A stretch of DNA of 44,819 nucleotides from an uncultured Candidatus Saccharimonadales bacterium (lineage in GTDB: Bacteria > Patescibacteriota > Saccharimonadia > UBA4664), in the NCBI GenBank assembly GCA_964609585.1, contig CAZSRA010000002.1, positions 1 to 44,819 of the forward strand, given 5' to 3'. Shown here piece after piece: positions 35,701 through 44,819 of the stretch. Each line of letters starts with the position of its first letter. Position 1 is the stretch's first letter. Made by a program: the position numbers and the translations under genes. A model generated the notes under the pieces. That model was not told the origin of the DNA. It was given only the letters and a program-made list of their open reading frames with translations, and did no database searches.

Positions 35701-37328
35701 GGGTGAACCGACGACGTTTGGAAGAGCTGCCATGCAGGGGTCTCCGCTATTAGCCTTAGATCGCTCTGGGTATTGAGCCAACTATAGGCTGATTGGTCTG
35801 ACACTTTTAAAAGCACTATGTAATGTACCCCGAGAGCGGAGAGCCTGGAACCGGCATTCGACCAAAAAAAGCGCTGATTTATAACGTTATTTTGTACAGA
35901 ATTGGCAAGTGTAGCGGCCGGATCAGGAGTGAGCCCAGGGAGTTCTGGGTCGGCGGAAATAATGACGGGACGATCGAAAAAGTTGGGAACAGGATTGGCA
36001 ACGGTGCGGCGAGCAAAATCAAGGTAAAGGTATTGATGCCAGGGGAACATAACGGTGTCAGGGTGGCCAGTGGGAGCAGCGGGGAGTTGGCTTAGCTTTT
36101 GATTGAGCTGATACCAGGCGAGGGGGTAATCGACTGAGGTGAGCTGACCGGCCGCACCCCAGAATAATAAAGGTACCCAAATGAAAGGCAGAAGCACCGA
36201 GGTCGTCAATGCTGCGGAGCGCCAAAAGCCGCGAAGATAAGCTTTGGCCAGGGCCAGGGCATGAGTTACGAAATAGGCGTAGCTGAGAGCTAGGACGGCC
36301 GCCCACTTTTCCGGCTCGCGGTAGCCCCGGTACCAAGCAACGTGCGCAACGAGCCAATTGGTGATGAGTGCTGACGGCGGCCAAGCAACTCCTATGGCAA
36401 GAAGCCAGGCCACGATTGCAGCGCAGGCTAGGGCTATGCCAAGAGGGTCGCGGCGGTGGATAGTGCGACCGAGGCCAACAATCACTAAGGTTGCAATAAT
36501 TCCAAAACCTAGCCAAAAACTCCACCCGATGCTCGAAGCAGGAGCAACGAGACCACGACCGTCACCCCAGAAGCCCTGAAGAGTGAGGACGTTTAACGGC
36601 GCCCCGATGGACCCGCCAGTGGTAGCGAAAGCCCGGTATTGGTCCGTGTTGATCCCGGCAAGCGTGCGGCCAACTGAAGAACGATGGAGCACGAGCGGCA
36701 CGAGCCAGATGGCGGCAGCGGCGAGACAAAGACCCGCAACCAGCATGAGCCACGGAGCTGCGCGGCGAATGGTAGCCGGATTCTGCCAGGCTTGGACGAC
36801 GAGAAAGATAATAGAAATGAGCGCCGCCATGCCGACGGCGTGCAGCGAGGTGAGCGCAAGGGCGATACTCCAGAGCGTAAGTTTCACGGTGCGCCCAAGG
36901 CTGGGCCGGTCTATGAGGCGTACTAGGCTAGCTACAAACCATGGCATCAGGGCATAGCCGGCAAGTACGAGCCACTGGCCAGCCATGAACCGTTCATACG
37001 TGAAGGGGTTGGCGACGTAGAGAGCACCGCCGATGTATGACGGCCAGCCGGGACTTGTGCGAGCGCTTAACCACTGCAAGCCGACACCGGCTATTATAAA
37101 AAGAGAGATAAGTACGAATTTTTCGATAAGCCAGCTGGGAAAGATGTGAGTGAGGACGACCAGCGTTTGATGTAGAGCCCAGCCGTTTTCCGAAACAGAT
37201 ATATTTCCGAGATGCGGTCCCCAGCTCAAATCAAGGGTCAGGATGTACCCGGGCAAGAGCAACGGGCCCATAATGAGGACGGCAAGCCCTGTAAAAATTA
37301 CCCAGCTGAATAGGCGGTGGTTTTGCAT
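35697..37328 (-). CDS. Polytopic GT-C-type membrane glycosyltransferase (AftD N-terminal/DUF3367-like)
   Basis: D after TM1, LY..NPF.YER...GQ....GYAL.PW, YREP.KW, YP..W, FPW..Y; about 12 TM. Confidence 0.65.
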   Translation of the reverse strand: MQNHRLFSWVIFTGLAVLIMGPLLLPGYILTLDLSWGPHLGNISVSENGWALHQTLVVLTHIFPSWLIEKFVLISLFIIAGVGLQWLSARTSPGWPSYIGGALYVANPFTYERFMAGQWLVLAGYALMPWFVASLVRLIDRPSLGRTVKLTLWSIALALTSLHAVGMAALISIIFLVVQAWQNPATIRRAAPWLMLVAGLCLAAAAIWLVPLVLHRSSVGRTLAGINTDQYRAFATTGGSIGAPLNVLTLQGFWGDGRGLVAPASSIGWSFWLGFGIIATLVIVGLGRTIHRRDPLGIALACAAIVAWLLAIGVAWPPSALITNWLVAHVAWYRGYREPEKWAAVLALSYAYFVTHALALAKAYLRGFWRSAALTTSVLLPFIWVPLLFWGAAGQLTSVDYPLAWYQLNQKLSQLPAAPTGHPDTVMFPWHQYLYLDFARRTVANPVPNFFDRPVIISADPELPGLTPDPAATLANSVQNNVINQRFFWSNAGSRLSALGVHYIVLLKVSDQSAYSWLNTQSDLRLIAETPAWQLFQTSSVHP

Positions 37329-37356
37329 TGTCTTTTATTATAGAGCGCTGGGTGGG

Positions 37357-38436
37357 CTAATTGAGATAGATGCCGAGCATTTTTGCAGCTTGATATTCGT
37401 AGGTGTCTGCGGTGACGAGCTTGAGTGTGTCGACGGCTTCTGCAATGGGGACGGTTACCATAAGATTGTTGCGGCTTGCAACCATGACGCCCGTCTCGCC
37501 GCGCTCGTAAGCGAGCATAGCCTCAACGCCGTAGCGCTTGGCAAGGATGCGATCTTGGCTGGTGGGGCTACCACCGCGCTGGGTGTGGCCGAGCACGACA
37601 TGGCGCATTTCGAACTCGTCTGGGGCGGTGGATTCGATAAGCCGCATGAGATTCTCGCTCACGCCGCCGAGGGTGGTTTCGCTCGCACGGGCACCACGCT
37701 TACGGCTTTCGCCTTGCTGCGGGAGTCGCAGGCCTTCGGCGACTACGATGATGGCCGAGGGTTTGCCTTGGCCGCGGCGATGACGAAGGTAAGCGAGGAG
37801 TTTGGGTAGTTCAAATTTGAATTCGGGCAAGAGAATGGCGTTAGCACTGCCCGCCAGACCAGCGAAGAGCGAGATCCACCCGGCATGGCGACCCATGCAC
37901 TCCACAAGAAAGACGCGGTCGTGCGAAGTGGCGGTGGTATGGATTTTGTCGAGAGCATCGGTGGCGATTTGAACGGCTGTGGAAAAACCAAAGGTTTTGT
38001 CGGTGGCGCCGAGGTCGTTGTCGATGGTTTTGGGAACGCCGACGAGTCGGAGGCCCCGGTTGGCAAGCTGAAGGGCGGCGCTGAGCGTGCCATCACCACC
38101 AATGACGATAAGGCCTTCAAGACCAAGTGCTCCGGCGTTGTGCATAGCCATGTCTAGGATGTCGGGATCGATTTTGGACATATCGCCGGAACCAATTTTG
38201 CCGGCAAAACGCCCTTTATTGGCGGTGCGGAGGATGGTGCCTCCCAGGTGCGAGATGCCTCGTACACGGTCTAGGGTGAGGGCTTGATAATTCATGGGGT
38301 CGAGCAGGCCTTCCCAGCCACGTTCAAAGCCAAGGAATTCGTAGCCGCGGGGAACACCGGTTTTTACAATTGAGGCAATGGTGGCGTTGAGACCGGCGCA
38401 GTCGCCGCCGCTATTAATGATTCCAATTTTCTTCAT
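37357..38436 (-). CDS. pfkA: 6-phosphofructokinase (PfkA family)
   Basis: GGDCAGLN, GGTIL, IGGDGT, PKTIDND, GFSTA, ECMGRHAG, LGH.QRGG. Confidence 0.95.
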   Translation of the reverse strand: MKKIGIINSGGDCAGLNATIASIVKTGVPRGYEFLGFERGWEGLLDPMNYQALTLDRVRGISHLGGTILRTANKGRFAGKIGSGDMSKIDPDILDMAMHNAGALGLEGLIVIGGDGTLSAALQLANRGLRLVGVPKTIDNDLGATDKTFGFSTAVQIATDALDKIHTTATSHDRVFLVECMGRHAGWISLFAGLAGSANAILLPEFKFELPKLLAYLRHRRGQGKPSAIIVVAEGLRLPQQGESRKRGARASETTLGGVSENLMRLIESTAPDEFEMRHVVLGHTQRGGSPTSQDRILAKRYGVEAMLAYERGETGVMVASRNNLMVTVPIAEAVDTLKLVTADTYEYQAAKMLGIYLN

Positions 38437-38614
38437 GATGCTTACGCTAACAGATAGAACTAGCGGCGTCTAGGTTAGTTTACGGCTCAAAATTTAACAT
38501 TAATAATTTAGTAAATCAATTATTCTATTTTAAAAAATATGATTGTGTGTTGTAATGGAACTAAATTGCACCTACTCGACTTTGTCGTTTAGGCAATGAC
38601 CGGTTAACTTAAGA

Positions 38615-40360
38615 ATGGACAAAATAAATATGGCAACGAAGCCTCAAGAGTCAGCTCCTCATGTCACATCGGCCAAGCATCATGCAGCCGGATTTTCGCA
38701 CCGACGGCGCAAGCTAGCACTCGCGATTGTCGCACTTGCATTCGTAATGGATCTTTTGGATTCGACGATTGTAAACATTGCGATTCCGTCGATTCAAGCG
38801 AACCTGCACGCGAGTTATACGGCAATTCAGTGGCTGATCGCAGGCTACATGCTCAGTTTTGCGACCCTGCTCATTACGGGCGGACGCATGGGTGATGTGT
38901 TTGGCTACAAACGATTGTTTATGACGGGCGTAGCCGGGTTTAGCTTGGCGTCACTGCTGAGCGGTTTGGCCTGGAATCCGGAAGTGCTAATTGCGGCCCG
39001 ACTGATTCAGGGCGCGATGGCGGCGCTAATGGTACCGCAAGTGATGAGCTTGATGCAGGTGATGTACGAGCCCAAAGAGCGCGGCGGTGTGATGGGGCTC
39101 TTTGGAGCGCTCGGAGGACTAGCGGCAACGCTGGGGCCGATTATTGGTGGTCTGCTCATTGAATGGAATATCGCGGGACTAGACTGGCGGCCGATTTTCT
39201 TGATTAACGTACCCGTGGGCTTGTTTGCGTTTTTTGCGGGCATGAAAGTGCTGCCGAATGGCAAGAGCGAACACCCGCTAAAGCTGGATGTAACAGGAAC
39301 GTTTGTGATCGTGACGGCGCTGTTTTGCCTAATTTTCCCGCTGGTAGAAGGCCGAGATTTGGGCTGGCCACTATGGTCATTTGCGATGATGGCGGCGGGT
39401 CTGCCGATCTTGGGACTGTTTGCTTGGTATGAGCGCCGCAAGATGGCTCTCGATGGATCAGCTTTGGTGGTGCCGGCGTTGTTTAAACTGCGGTCATTTG
39501 TGACGGGCATCGTCCTGAATGTGGCCTTTGAGATGATGTTTATTGGCTACTTTTTGGTCTTCACGCTCACCCTGCAGGCGGGTCTGGGATACAGCGTCAT
39601 TAAGGCGGCTTTGACTGGTATTCCGTTTGCAATTGGGATTGGACTGAGCATCGGGTTTATTAGCCAGAAGTTGTTGCCAAAACTGGGCCGAAATGTGATT
39701 TTGGTAGGCGTGACCGCGATGGCAATAGGGCTAGCGGCCGAGGGTTGGTGTGTGATGCACTTCGGAACGAGCCTGCAACCTTGGCCTTTGCTTTTGCCGC
39801 TCTTTATCGCCGGTTTTGGAGCTGGGGCGATTATGGCTCCCCTCTTTTCGGTAGTGCTAACGGATGTGGATGTGCGCCATGCCGGTTCAGCTTCGGGAGT
39901 GCTTAATGCGATGCAGCAGCTGGGTGGAGCCGTGGGTATTGCCCTTATTGGCGTAGTGTTCTTCGGGCTTTTGACTCACGACGCGAACACTCAGGCGACG
40001 AATGTGATGCCAAAGCTGCACAGTGATTTGTCGGCCGCGCACGTGCCACAGAACGCACAAGACTTGATTGCTGGTGGTTTCGTGGCTTGCTTTACCGACC
40101 GCAATGCTGAAAAGGACGCCTCTGTCGTGCCCGATTCATGCAAGCCCGCACCTGACGATCACATGACGCCCGCCGTCACAAAAGCGGCTATTGGCGACGC
40201 CTTGAAGCAGGCTGGTACCACGGCTAATGCCCATAACTTTGCTCATGCTTTTGCTTGGAGCCTGGGTTACGAAGGTATTTTAATGGTAGTGGTGTTCGGC
40301 CTAACGTTCCTTCTTCCAAGACACATTCGGCCCGAACACATGGAGGCGGCTTTAGAATAG
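38615..40360 (+). CDS. MFS drug:H+ antiporter, DHA2 (EmrB/QacA-like)
   Basis: LDSTIVNIAIPSI, GGRMGD..G.KR, AARLIQG, LGP.IGG, WR.IFLINVP; about 14 TM. Confidence 0.92.
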   Translation: MDKINMATKPQESAPHVTSAKHHAAGFSHRRRKLALAIVALAFVMDLLDSTIVNIAIPSIQANLHASYTAIQWLIAGYMLSFATLLITGGRMGDVFGYKRLFMTGVAGFSLASLLSGLAWNPEVLIAARLIQGAMAALMVPQVMSLMQVMYEPKERGGVMGLFGALGGLAATLGPIIGGLLIEWNIAGLDWRPIFLINVPVGLFAFFAGMKVLPNGKSEHPLKLDVTGTFVIVTALFCLIFPLVEGRDLGWPLWSFAMMAAGLPILGLFAWYERRKMALDGSALVVPALFKLRSFVTGIVLNVAFEMMFIGYFLVFTLTLQAGLGYSVIKAALTGIPFAIGIGLSIGFISQKLLPKLGRNVILVGVTAMAIGLAAEGWCVMHFGTSLQPWPLLLPLFIAGFGAGAIMAPLFSVVLTDVDVRHAGSASGVLNAMQQLGGAVGIALIGVVFFGLLTHDANTQATNVMPKLHSDLSAAHVPQNAQDLIAGGFVACFTDRNAEKDASVVPDSCKPAPDDHMTPAVTKAAIGDALKQAGTTANAHNFAHAFAWSLGYEGILMVVVFGLTFLLPRHIRPEHMEAALE

Positions 40361-40957
40361 ATGCTTGAGCCGCTCCTGCACGGTGGGAGCGGCGCCGGCT
40401 TGGCAGGAGGCTGGGTCTTTGCCTTCGTCGTATTTAACGGCAGTCGCGGGCACAGCTTTAATCTCCTTTTGGATGGTAGCATCGCTGGTGTCGCCGAAGT
40501 CGACGAGCAGACGATCGCGATCGCCGATTACCTGATTTGAGATATCTTGAATTTTCTGCCCATTGACGGTGAAGGTGATTTTGTGGGTGTCGTCGACAAG
40601 GTAGAGGTTGCTGGGGGTTTTGATGAGGGCATCATTTACAACCCAGTGCAAATTGGCGAAGAATTGGCCCCAAGTGACGGCATGGTCGTGAACGTGAACG
40701 ACATCACTGGTGTCGTCGTGCATGTGAGCGCGCTCTTCGGGGACCATAACGGTGTCAACATTGCAGGAGCCAGCGCTTTCCTCTTCGTAGTATGAAGGGC
40801 TTTTGAAGGCTTCTTTTTGGCCGTTGATGTAGACGTCAAAGTTAGCGTGATAGTGGACGTTGTCTGGTTTATAGGTGACGTAACGAAAACCTAAGATGGC
40901 TCCGGCGCCGATGACAACGCCGACAACACCGATCAGGGCTGCTTTTGTAATGTTCAC
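40352..40957 (-). CDS. TM-anchored extracytoplasmic protein with His-rich putative metal site
   Basis: AAGGAG SD, N-terminal TM, HYHA, HMHD, HVH motifs, two Cys. Confidence 0.8.
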   Translation of the reverse strand: MNITKAALIGVVGVVIGAGAILGFRYVTYKPDNVHYHANFDVYINGQKEAFKSPSYYEEESAGSCNVDTVMVPEERAHMHDDTSDVVHVHDHAVTWGQFFANLHWVVNDALIKTPSNLYLVDDTHKITFTVNGQKIQDISNQVIGDRDRLLVDFGDTSDATIQKEIKAVPATAVKYDEGKDPASCQAGAAPTVQERLKHLF

Positions 40958-41159
40958 AATGGTTCTCCTTTATCTGGCTCTCATCGGTTAAGTATACTCG
41001 GGCTGTCTTATTCTTACCTTCCCGGTTATCCCCAAGCTTGTCATTGATAACGTTAATGCTCGTAGTATATAGTTTACCAGTTCTGCTGGAGGCTGAGCCT
41101 TCAAGAGAACGCCCATATCCCAGCCGAATCCTCTCTCCCGAACAGAACGGATCCCACGC

Positions 41160-41786
41160 ATGACGCACAATCTTCTCCTTCCGGAGTCGTCAGAGCTGAC
41201 GGTTGCGCTTGATCGTGCATGTGCAGAGCTCATCCGGGCGCTCGATTTTTCGGGGCTGGTCCCCGGTAGTAGTTTCTGGTTTCCTCGCCTGCGGGTTGAG
41301 ACGATGTCTTTCGGGCAATATACGGTAGTCGTGGAAATTCGGGGTGGTATTTTCAAGCGGTTCAGGCTGACGTTTGCGGGTGAACAATCCCGCGAGTCGA
41401 TGGCGCCCGTTGGCGCCGTGACCGAGCTCCGCTTCGGCAACAGGGAACTTAAGCTGTTTTACGACCGTGCGGAACGCCTAGAGCTCCGGATTTACGGCCG
41501 ATATGGCTGGACCGGACGCCAAGGTAAGGTCCGCGTGTTCAAGGGCTATTGTCTTTGTGACGAGACGGCCACAACAGACCCGACGACCGCGCCTGTACGC
41601 TCACGCAGCGGTCGTCAGCAGCTACCCACGCCACACTTCCACCCCGCGCGTCTTCCGCCGCGCTTTGTTTACAAGTCTCGTCGGGGCAGAGAGCGATCGC
41701 ATGGTACGGACGAGATTTTCGGATGGTTCGGGCAATTACTCACCAAGCAGCAAGCCAAGGCCTGGGTTTTGTTTCGCTCAGAGTAG
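41160..41786 (+). CDS. Orphan hypothetical protein
   Basis: 208-aa ORF, Arg-rich, CLC and HFH motifs; followed by a hairpin. Confidence 0.6.
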   Translation: MTHNLLLPESSELTVALDRACAELIRALDFSGLVPGSSFWFPRLRVETMSFGQYTVVVEIRGGIFKRFRLTFAGEQSRESMAPVGAVTELRFGNRELKLFYDRAERLELRIYGRYGWTGRQGKVRVFKGYCLCDETATTDPTTAPVRSRSGRQQLPTPHFHPARLPPRFVYKSRRGRERSHGTDEIFGWFGQLLTKQQAKAWVLFRSE

Positions 41787-41805
41787 GAGGGCTAGGATAT
41801 GGAGA

Positions 41806-41834
41806 TCTCCCCTGTGCGTCCCGCACGGGGGAGA
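41806..41834. terminator. Hairpin after orphan gene
   Basis: tctcccctgtgcg/cgcacgggggaga stem. Confidence 0.6.
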
Positions 41835-41981
41835 AATCCCATTCAACACGACACTGGACTTCGGGCGATTTTTTTAGAATAAAGCCTGGTGATTTTGTTA
41901 CTTTTTGAATAATTTTTTGGGTTGACATGCTTTGGGCCATGGGATTATGGTTGTCCAGGTTATAAAAAATACATCTTAAAT

Positions 41982-43769
41982 ATGGGCGAGGAAATAGATT
42001 TGAGCGAATCTGCCAAGACCGCGCAAACGCGTGTTAAACGTGGTCATTCTGCAAAATTAGGTCAATTTTTGGCAACGGCAATATGCGGAAATGACATTCT
42101 TAGTTCGGCTCTTTATGTTTCTGGCGTGGCTATTATTTTGACCGGCATATATGCGCCGTTGGTTCTGCTCTTTATTTGCTTGGTGCTGTATCTGTATAAA
42201 TCTGTATACACGGAGGTAGTAGAGGCTCTGCCGCTGAATGGTGGAGCTTATAACTGTCTGTTGAACGCAACTTCCAAGACCTTTGCAGCTACGGCCGGGA
42301 CGATGACGATTTTGTCGTATATGGCAACGGCGGTATTGTCGGGCAATGTGGGAGTAGAGTACTTGAGCCGGATTTTACCGATTCCGATTATTCCCGTAAC
42401 GATTGGATTGCTCGCGGCGCTCGGGCTTTTGGTGGTGGGCGGTATTAAGGATTCGGCCAAAGTGGCGTTTGGGATTTTTGCCCTGCACGTCATAACGTTG
42501 TTGGGCTTTTTGATCCTAGGCGGTGTGTACGTTTTTTCTGGCGGTGCGTCACACTTTATGAACAACTTCCACCATACTTCGGGAATTGTTCTGAGCCACA
42601 ATGGGCTCATCTTCACATTGGTACTCGGATTTTCGGCGTCGCTCTTGGGTGTATCGGGTTTTGAGAGCTCGGCAAACTTCGTGGAGGAGCAGAAGAAAGG
42701 TACGTTTCGCAAAACGCTGCGCAACATGCTCATTGGGGTGACAATTTTTAACCCACTAATTGCTTTAATCGTGCTCAATACCATGTCGATCGATTCGATT
42801 AATGCTTCGCAGAACTTTTTGCTGGCAGATGCAGCAAAGGTCTTGGGCGGGAATTTCTTCTCGTATATCGTCAGCATCGACGCGTTTTTGGTGCTATGGG
42901 GAGCAGTGCTAACGGCGTTCGTGGGTGTGAGCGGTCTTATGCACCGGATGGCTGGCGATGCATGTTTGCCCAGTATTCTGGCAAAACCCAACAAGCGAGG
43001 CTCGTATCCCTACATTGTGGGCGTGTTTTTCTTGCTGTGTAGCTCGATATTATTGCTGACAAAAGGTGACCTGCTGTCGCTGGCCGGGGTTTATACGATT
43101 GCGTTTCTGGGAGTGATGAGCTCATTTGCGCTGGGAAATTTGGCGCTAAAACTCAACCGCAGTGATTTGAAGCGCTCGTACCGGGGGCCCGCTATGTTTG
43201 CAATCTTTGCCTTCATGGCGACGACTCTGGGTATTTTAGGAAACATTTATCTTGATCCACGGAATCTGGCATATTTCTGCCTCTATTTCATCCCGGCGAT
43301 TATCGTGGTGTTGAGTGTGATTTATGAGGATATGGTGCTCGCGTTTTTGCTACGAACCACGCGTTCGGTGCCAGCTCTGTACCGATACATCGAGCGCACG
43401 TTTAACGACTTAATCCAGGGTAAGTTTGTGGTGCTGATTCACAATACGAACCGGCTCCATAAGATCCTTGACTATATTTATCGCAATGAGACGGGTCGAA
43501 AGATTACGCTTGTAGTGTGTCGCGATGCCAATGGTAACGACGGGGCATACGAGGAAATTAAAGAGACTCTTCCCTATCTGGCGAAGGCGGGCATTTACCC
43601 CAAGCTCAAGCTCTCGCTCGTATATCGAGATGAGGCATTTGGGCCTGAGGTGGTCGATAGTGTGTCGGATGAGTTTGGAATCCGCAAGAATCGAATCTTG
43701 ATTGGATCGATTCACGACCACCACCCATATACGTATGACGAGCTAGGTGGGGTGCGCATTATTTTTTAG
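41982..43769 (+). CDS. APC-family permease with C-terminal cytoplasmic domain
   Basis: ATAICGNDI.SS.LY, EVVEALPLNGGAYN, GVSGFESSAN..EE; about 12 TM; start moved to MGEEID. Confidence 0.88.
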   Translation: MGEEIDLSESAKTAQTRVKRGHSAKLGQFLATAICGNDILSSALYVSGVAIILTGIYAPLVLLFICLVLYLYKSVYTEVVEALPLNGGAYNCLLNATSKTFAATAGTMTILSYMATAVLSGNVGVEYLSRILPIPIIPVTIGLLAALGLLVVGGIKDSAKVAFGIFALHVITLLGFLILGGVYVFSGGASHFMNNFHHTSGIVLSHNGLIFTLVLGFSASLLGVSGFESSANFVEEQKKGTFRKTLRNMLIGVTIFNPLIALIVLNTMSIDSINASQNFLLADAAKVLGGNFFSYIVSIDAFLVLWGAVLTAFVGVSGLMHRMAGDACLPSILAKPNKRGSYPYIVGVFFLLCSSILLLTKGDLLSLAGVYTIAFLGVMSSFALGNLALKLNRSDLKRSYRGPAMFAIFAFMATTLGILGNIYLDPRNLAYFCLYFIPAIIVVLSVIYEDMVLAFLLRTTRSVPALYRYIERTFNDLIQGKFVVLIHNTNRLHKILDYIYRNETGRKITLVVCRDANGNDGAYEEIKETLPYLAKAGIYPKLKLSLVYRDEAFGPEVVDSVSDEFGIRKNRILIGSIHDHHPYTYDELGGVRIIF

Positions 43770-43790
43770 GTAGGTTGTGGCGGTTTGGAG

Positions 43791-44819
43791 CTACAAGATT
43801 ACGCGCTTTAACATGCGGTAGCAGACATAGCCAGCAAGCGTTAAGACACTAATGGCAAGTCCGATGTAGAACCAGCGCTGAGGTGCGAATTCGGCGGTCA
43901 TTTCTAGATTGTAGGAGCCGTCGGGGTTTTGAGTGCATAATTTTTGCCGAACACAGAGGGCATTTATATCCACATACCAGCCATTTTCAAAACCGTTGAG
44001 ATCGAAATGATCGGATGCGGGTATAGCGTCGGGGTGAGTCCAGGGCCACCACGACCCGAAGCCTTTGGTTTTGGCATTTCTGATTTCAAGGCGCCAGTTT
44101 GAGCTATAATTTTCGCTCATAGTGAGATAGAAGGGTTTGGTGGCTTTTGTTATGGTTATGCGCCTCGTAACCGGATTGGGGGTAGAGAAACTAAGGTTTT
44201 GGGGAGCGGCCGTGGCAACGCTGGAAGGACTTACCAGGTAAAATTTACCCTCAACATCCGGCACTCTGGTGAGCTGAATGTGCGAGTAAGTGGCTACGTT
44301 TTTACTGACATCTGCTGGCTCGAAGGCATAGAGATAGACGGTGGCGACGGTGGCTCCGAGGGGAGCGATGAAATGGATGTTCGCGGCGTTTGACGTGGCG
44401 GGACTCTTGGCAGCTAAATGCTCTGTGATGACGGTCTGGGATGAATTGTTGAATTTAATGTAATATCCGGCGGCGCTGGTTGAAGTGGCCTGGTAATGGA
44501 AGCTCAGGATGTAATGAGCGCCGGCGAGCATGGGAAGATCGGTGGTGGTGCAGGCAATATGGCTTTGTGAAGCTAATTTCACGACATCTTCTCCCCCACT
44601 ATCTTTAGAGACTTGGAGTGATATCTGAGGGTTGTCGTCGGTAGCGCCGCAATCTTGAACGGGCTCACTCCAGCCGGCTACGTTGGTTTGCTCGAAGTCG
44701 GTTTTGAGCCCGGTGTAGGTTATATTTGTGCCGGGAGGAATGCTTGCCGCGGTGGAGACGGCCTTGGATGAGGTGGCGGGCGATACCGTCTGGCGATTTG
44801 CGACCTGAAAGAGACTGGC
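43791..44819 (-). CDS. Partial large envelope protein (5' end beyond window): carbohydrate-binding-like domain and C-terminal TM
   Basis: Frame stays open to the window edge; L.MSENY...W, H...NGFENGWY and F.PQ..FY.GL resemble the C-termini of YfhO/AftD-like GT-C proteins. Confidence 0.7.
   Translation of the reverse strand, partial: ASLFQVANRQTVSPATSSKAVSTAASIPPGTNITYTGLKTDFEQTNVAGWSEPVQDCGATDDNPQISLQVSKDSGGEDVVKLASQSHIACTTTDLPMLAGAHYILSFHYQATSTSAAGYYIKFNNSSQTVITEHLAAKSPATSNAANIHFIAPLGATVATVYLYAFEPADVSKNVATYSHIQLTRVPDVEGKFYLVSPSSVATAAPQNLSFSTPNPVTRRITITKATKPFYLTMSENYSSNWRLEIRNAKTKGFGSWWPWTHPDAIPASDHFDLNGFENGWYVDINALCVRQKLCTQNPDGSYNLEMTAEFAPQRWFYIGLAISVLTLAGYVCYRMLKRVIL

Overview
Bacterial chromosomal segment, most likely Patescibacteria/CPR and probably Saccharibacteria. 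This is an inference from the shortened AlaRS and MetRS, the near-leaderless core genes, a CPR-style pilin motif and many small TM-anchored orphans. A minus-strand housekeeping backbone (pfkA, pyk, pgk, tpiA, pcrA, galE-like, pyrH, yabE/G5-SLT, rsmA, metG, tatD, iscS, mnmA, alaS, ftsA-like) is repeatedly interrupted by self-contained one- or two-gene accessory units. These are mostly on the plus strand, often with their own promoter, a Shine-Dalgarno site and strong 3' hairpins. I found no rRNA, tRNA, CRISPR array, transposase or integrase. The most interesting signals are: (1) a dispersed family of ~90-140 bp nested-palindrome elements that occurs intergenically and apparently also in-frame inside PcrA; (2) a stand-alone class-I-aaRS/CDPS-like Rossmann protein divergent from metG; (3) two translation-initiation styles, with leaderless GCTAnnAT core genes versus SD-led accessory genes, plus a recurrent CRTAAG promoter-proximal motif; (4) unannotated small acidic ORFs with structured leaders and tails; (5) tandem orphan paralog pairs. 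All family calls come from motif recognition by eye; no searches were run.
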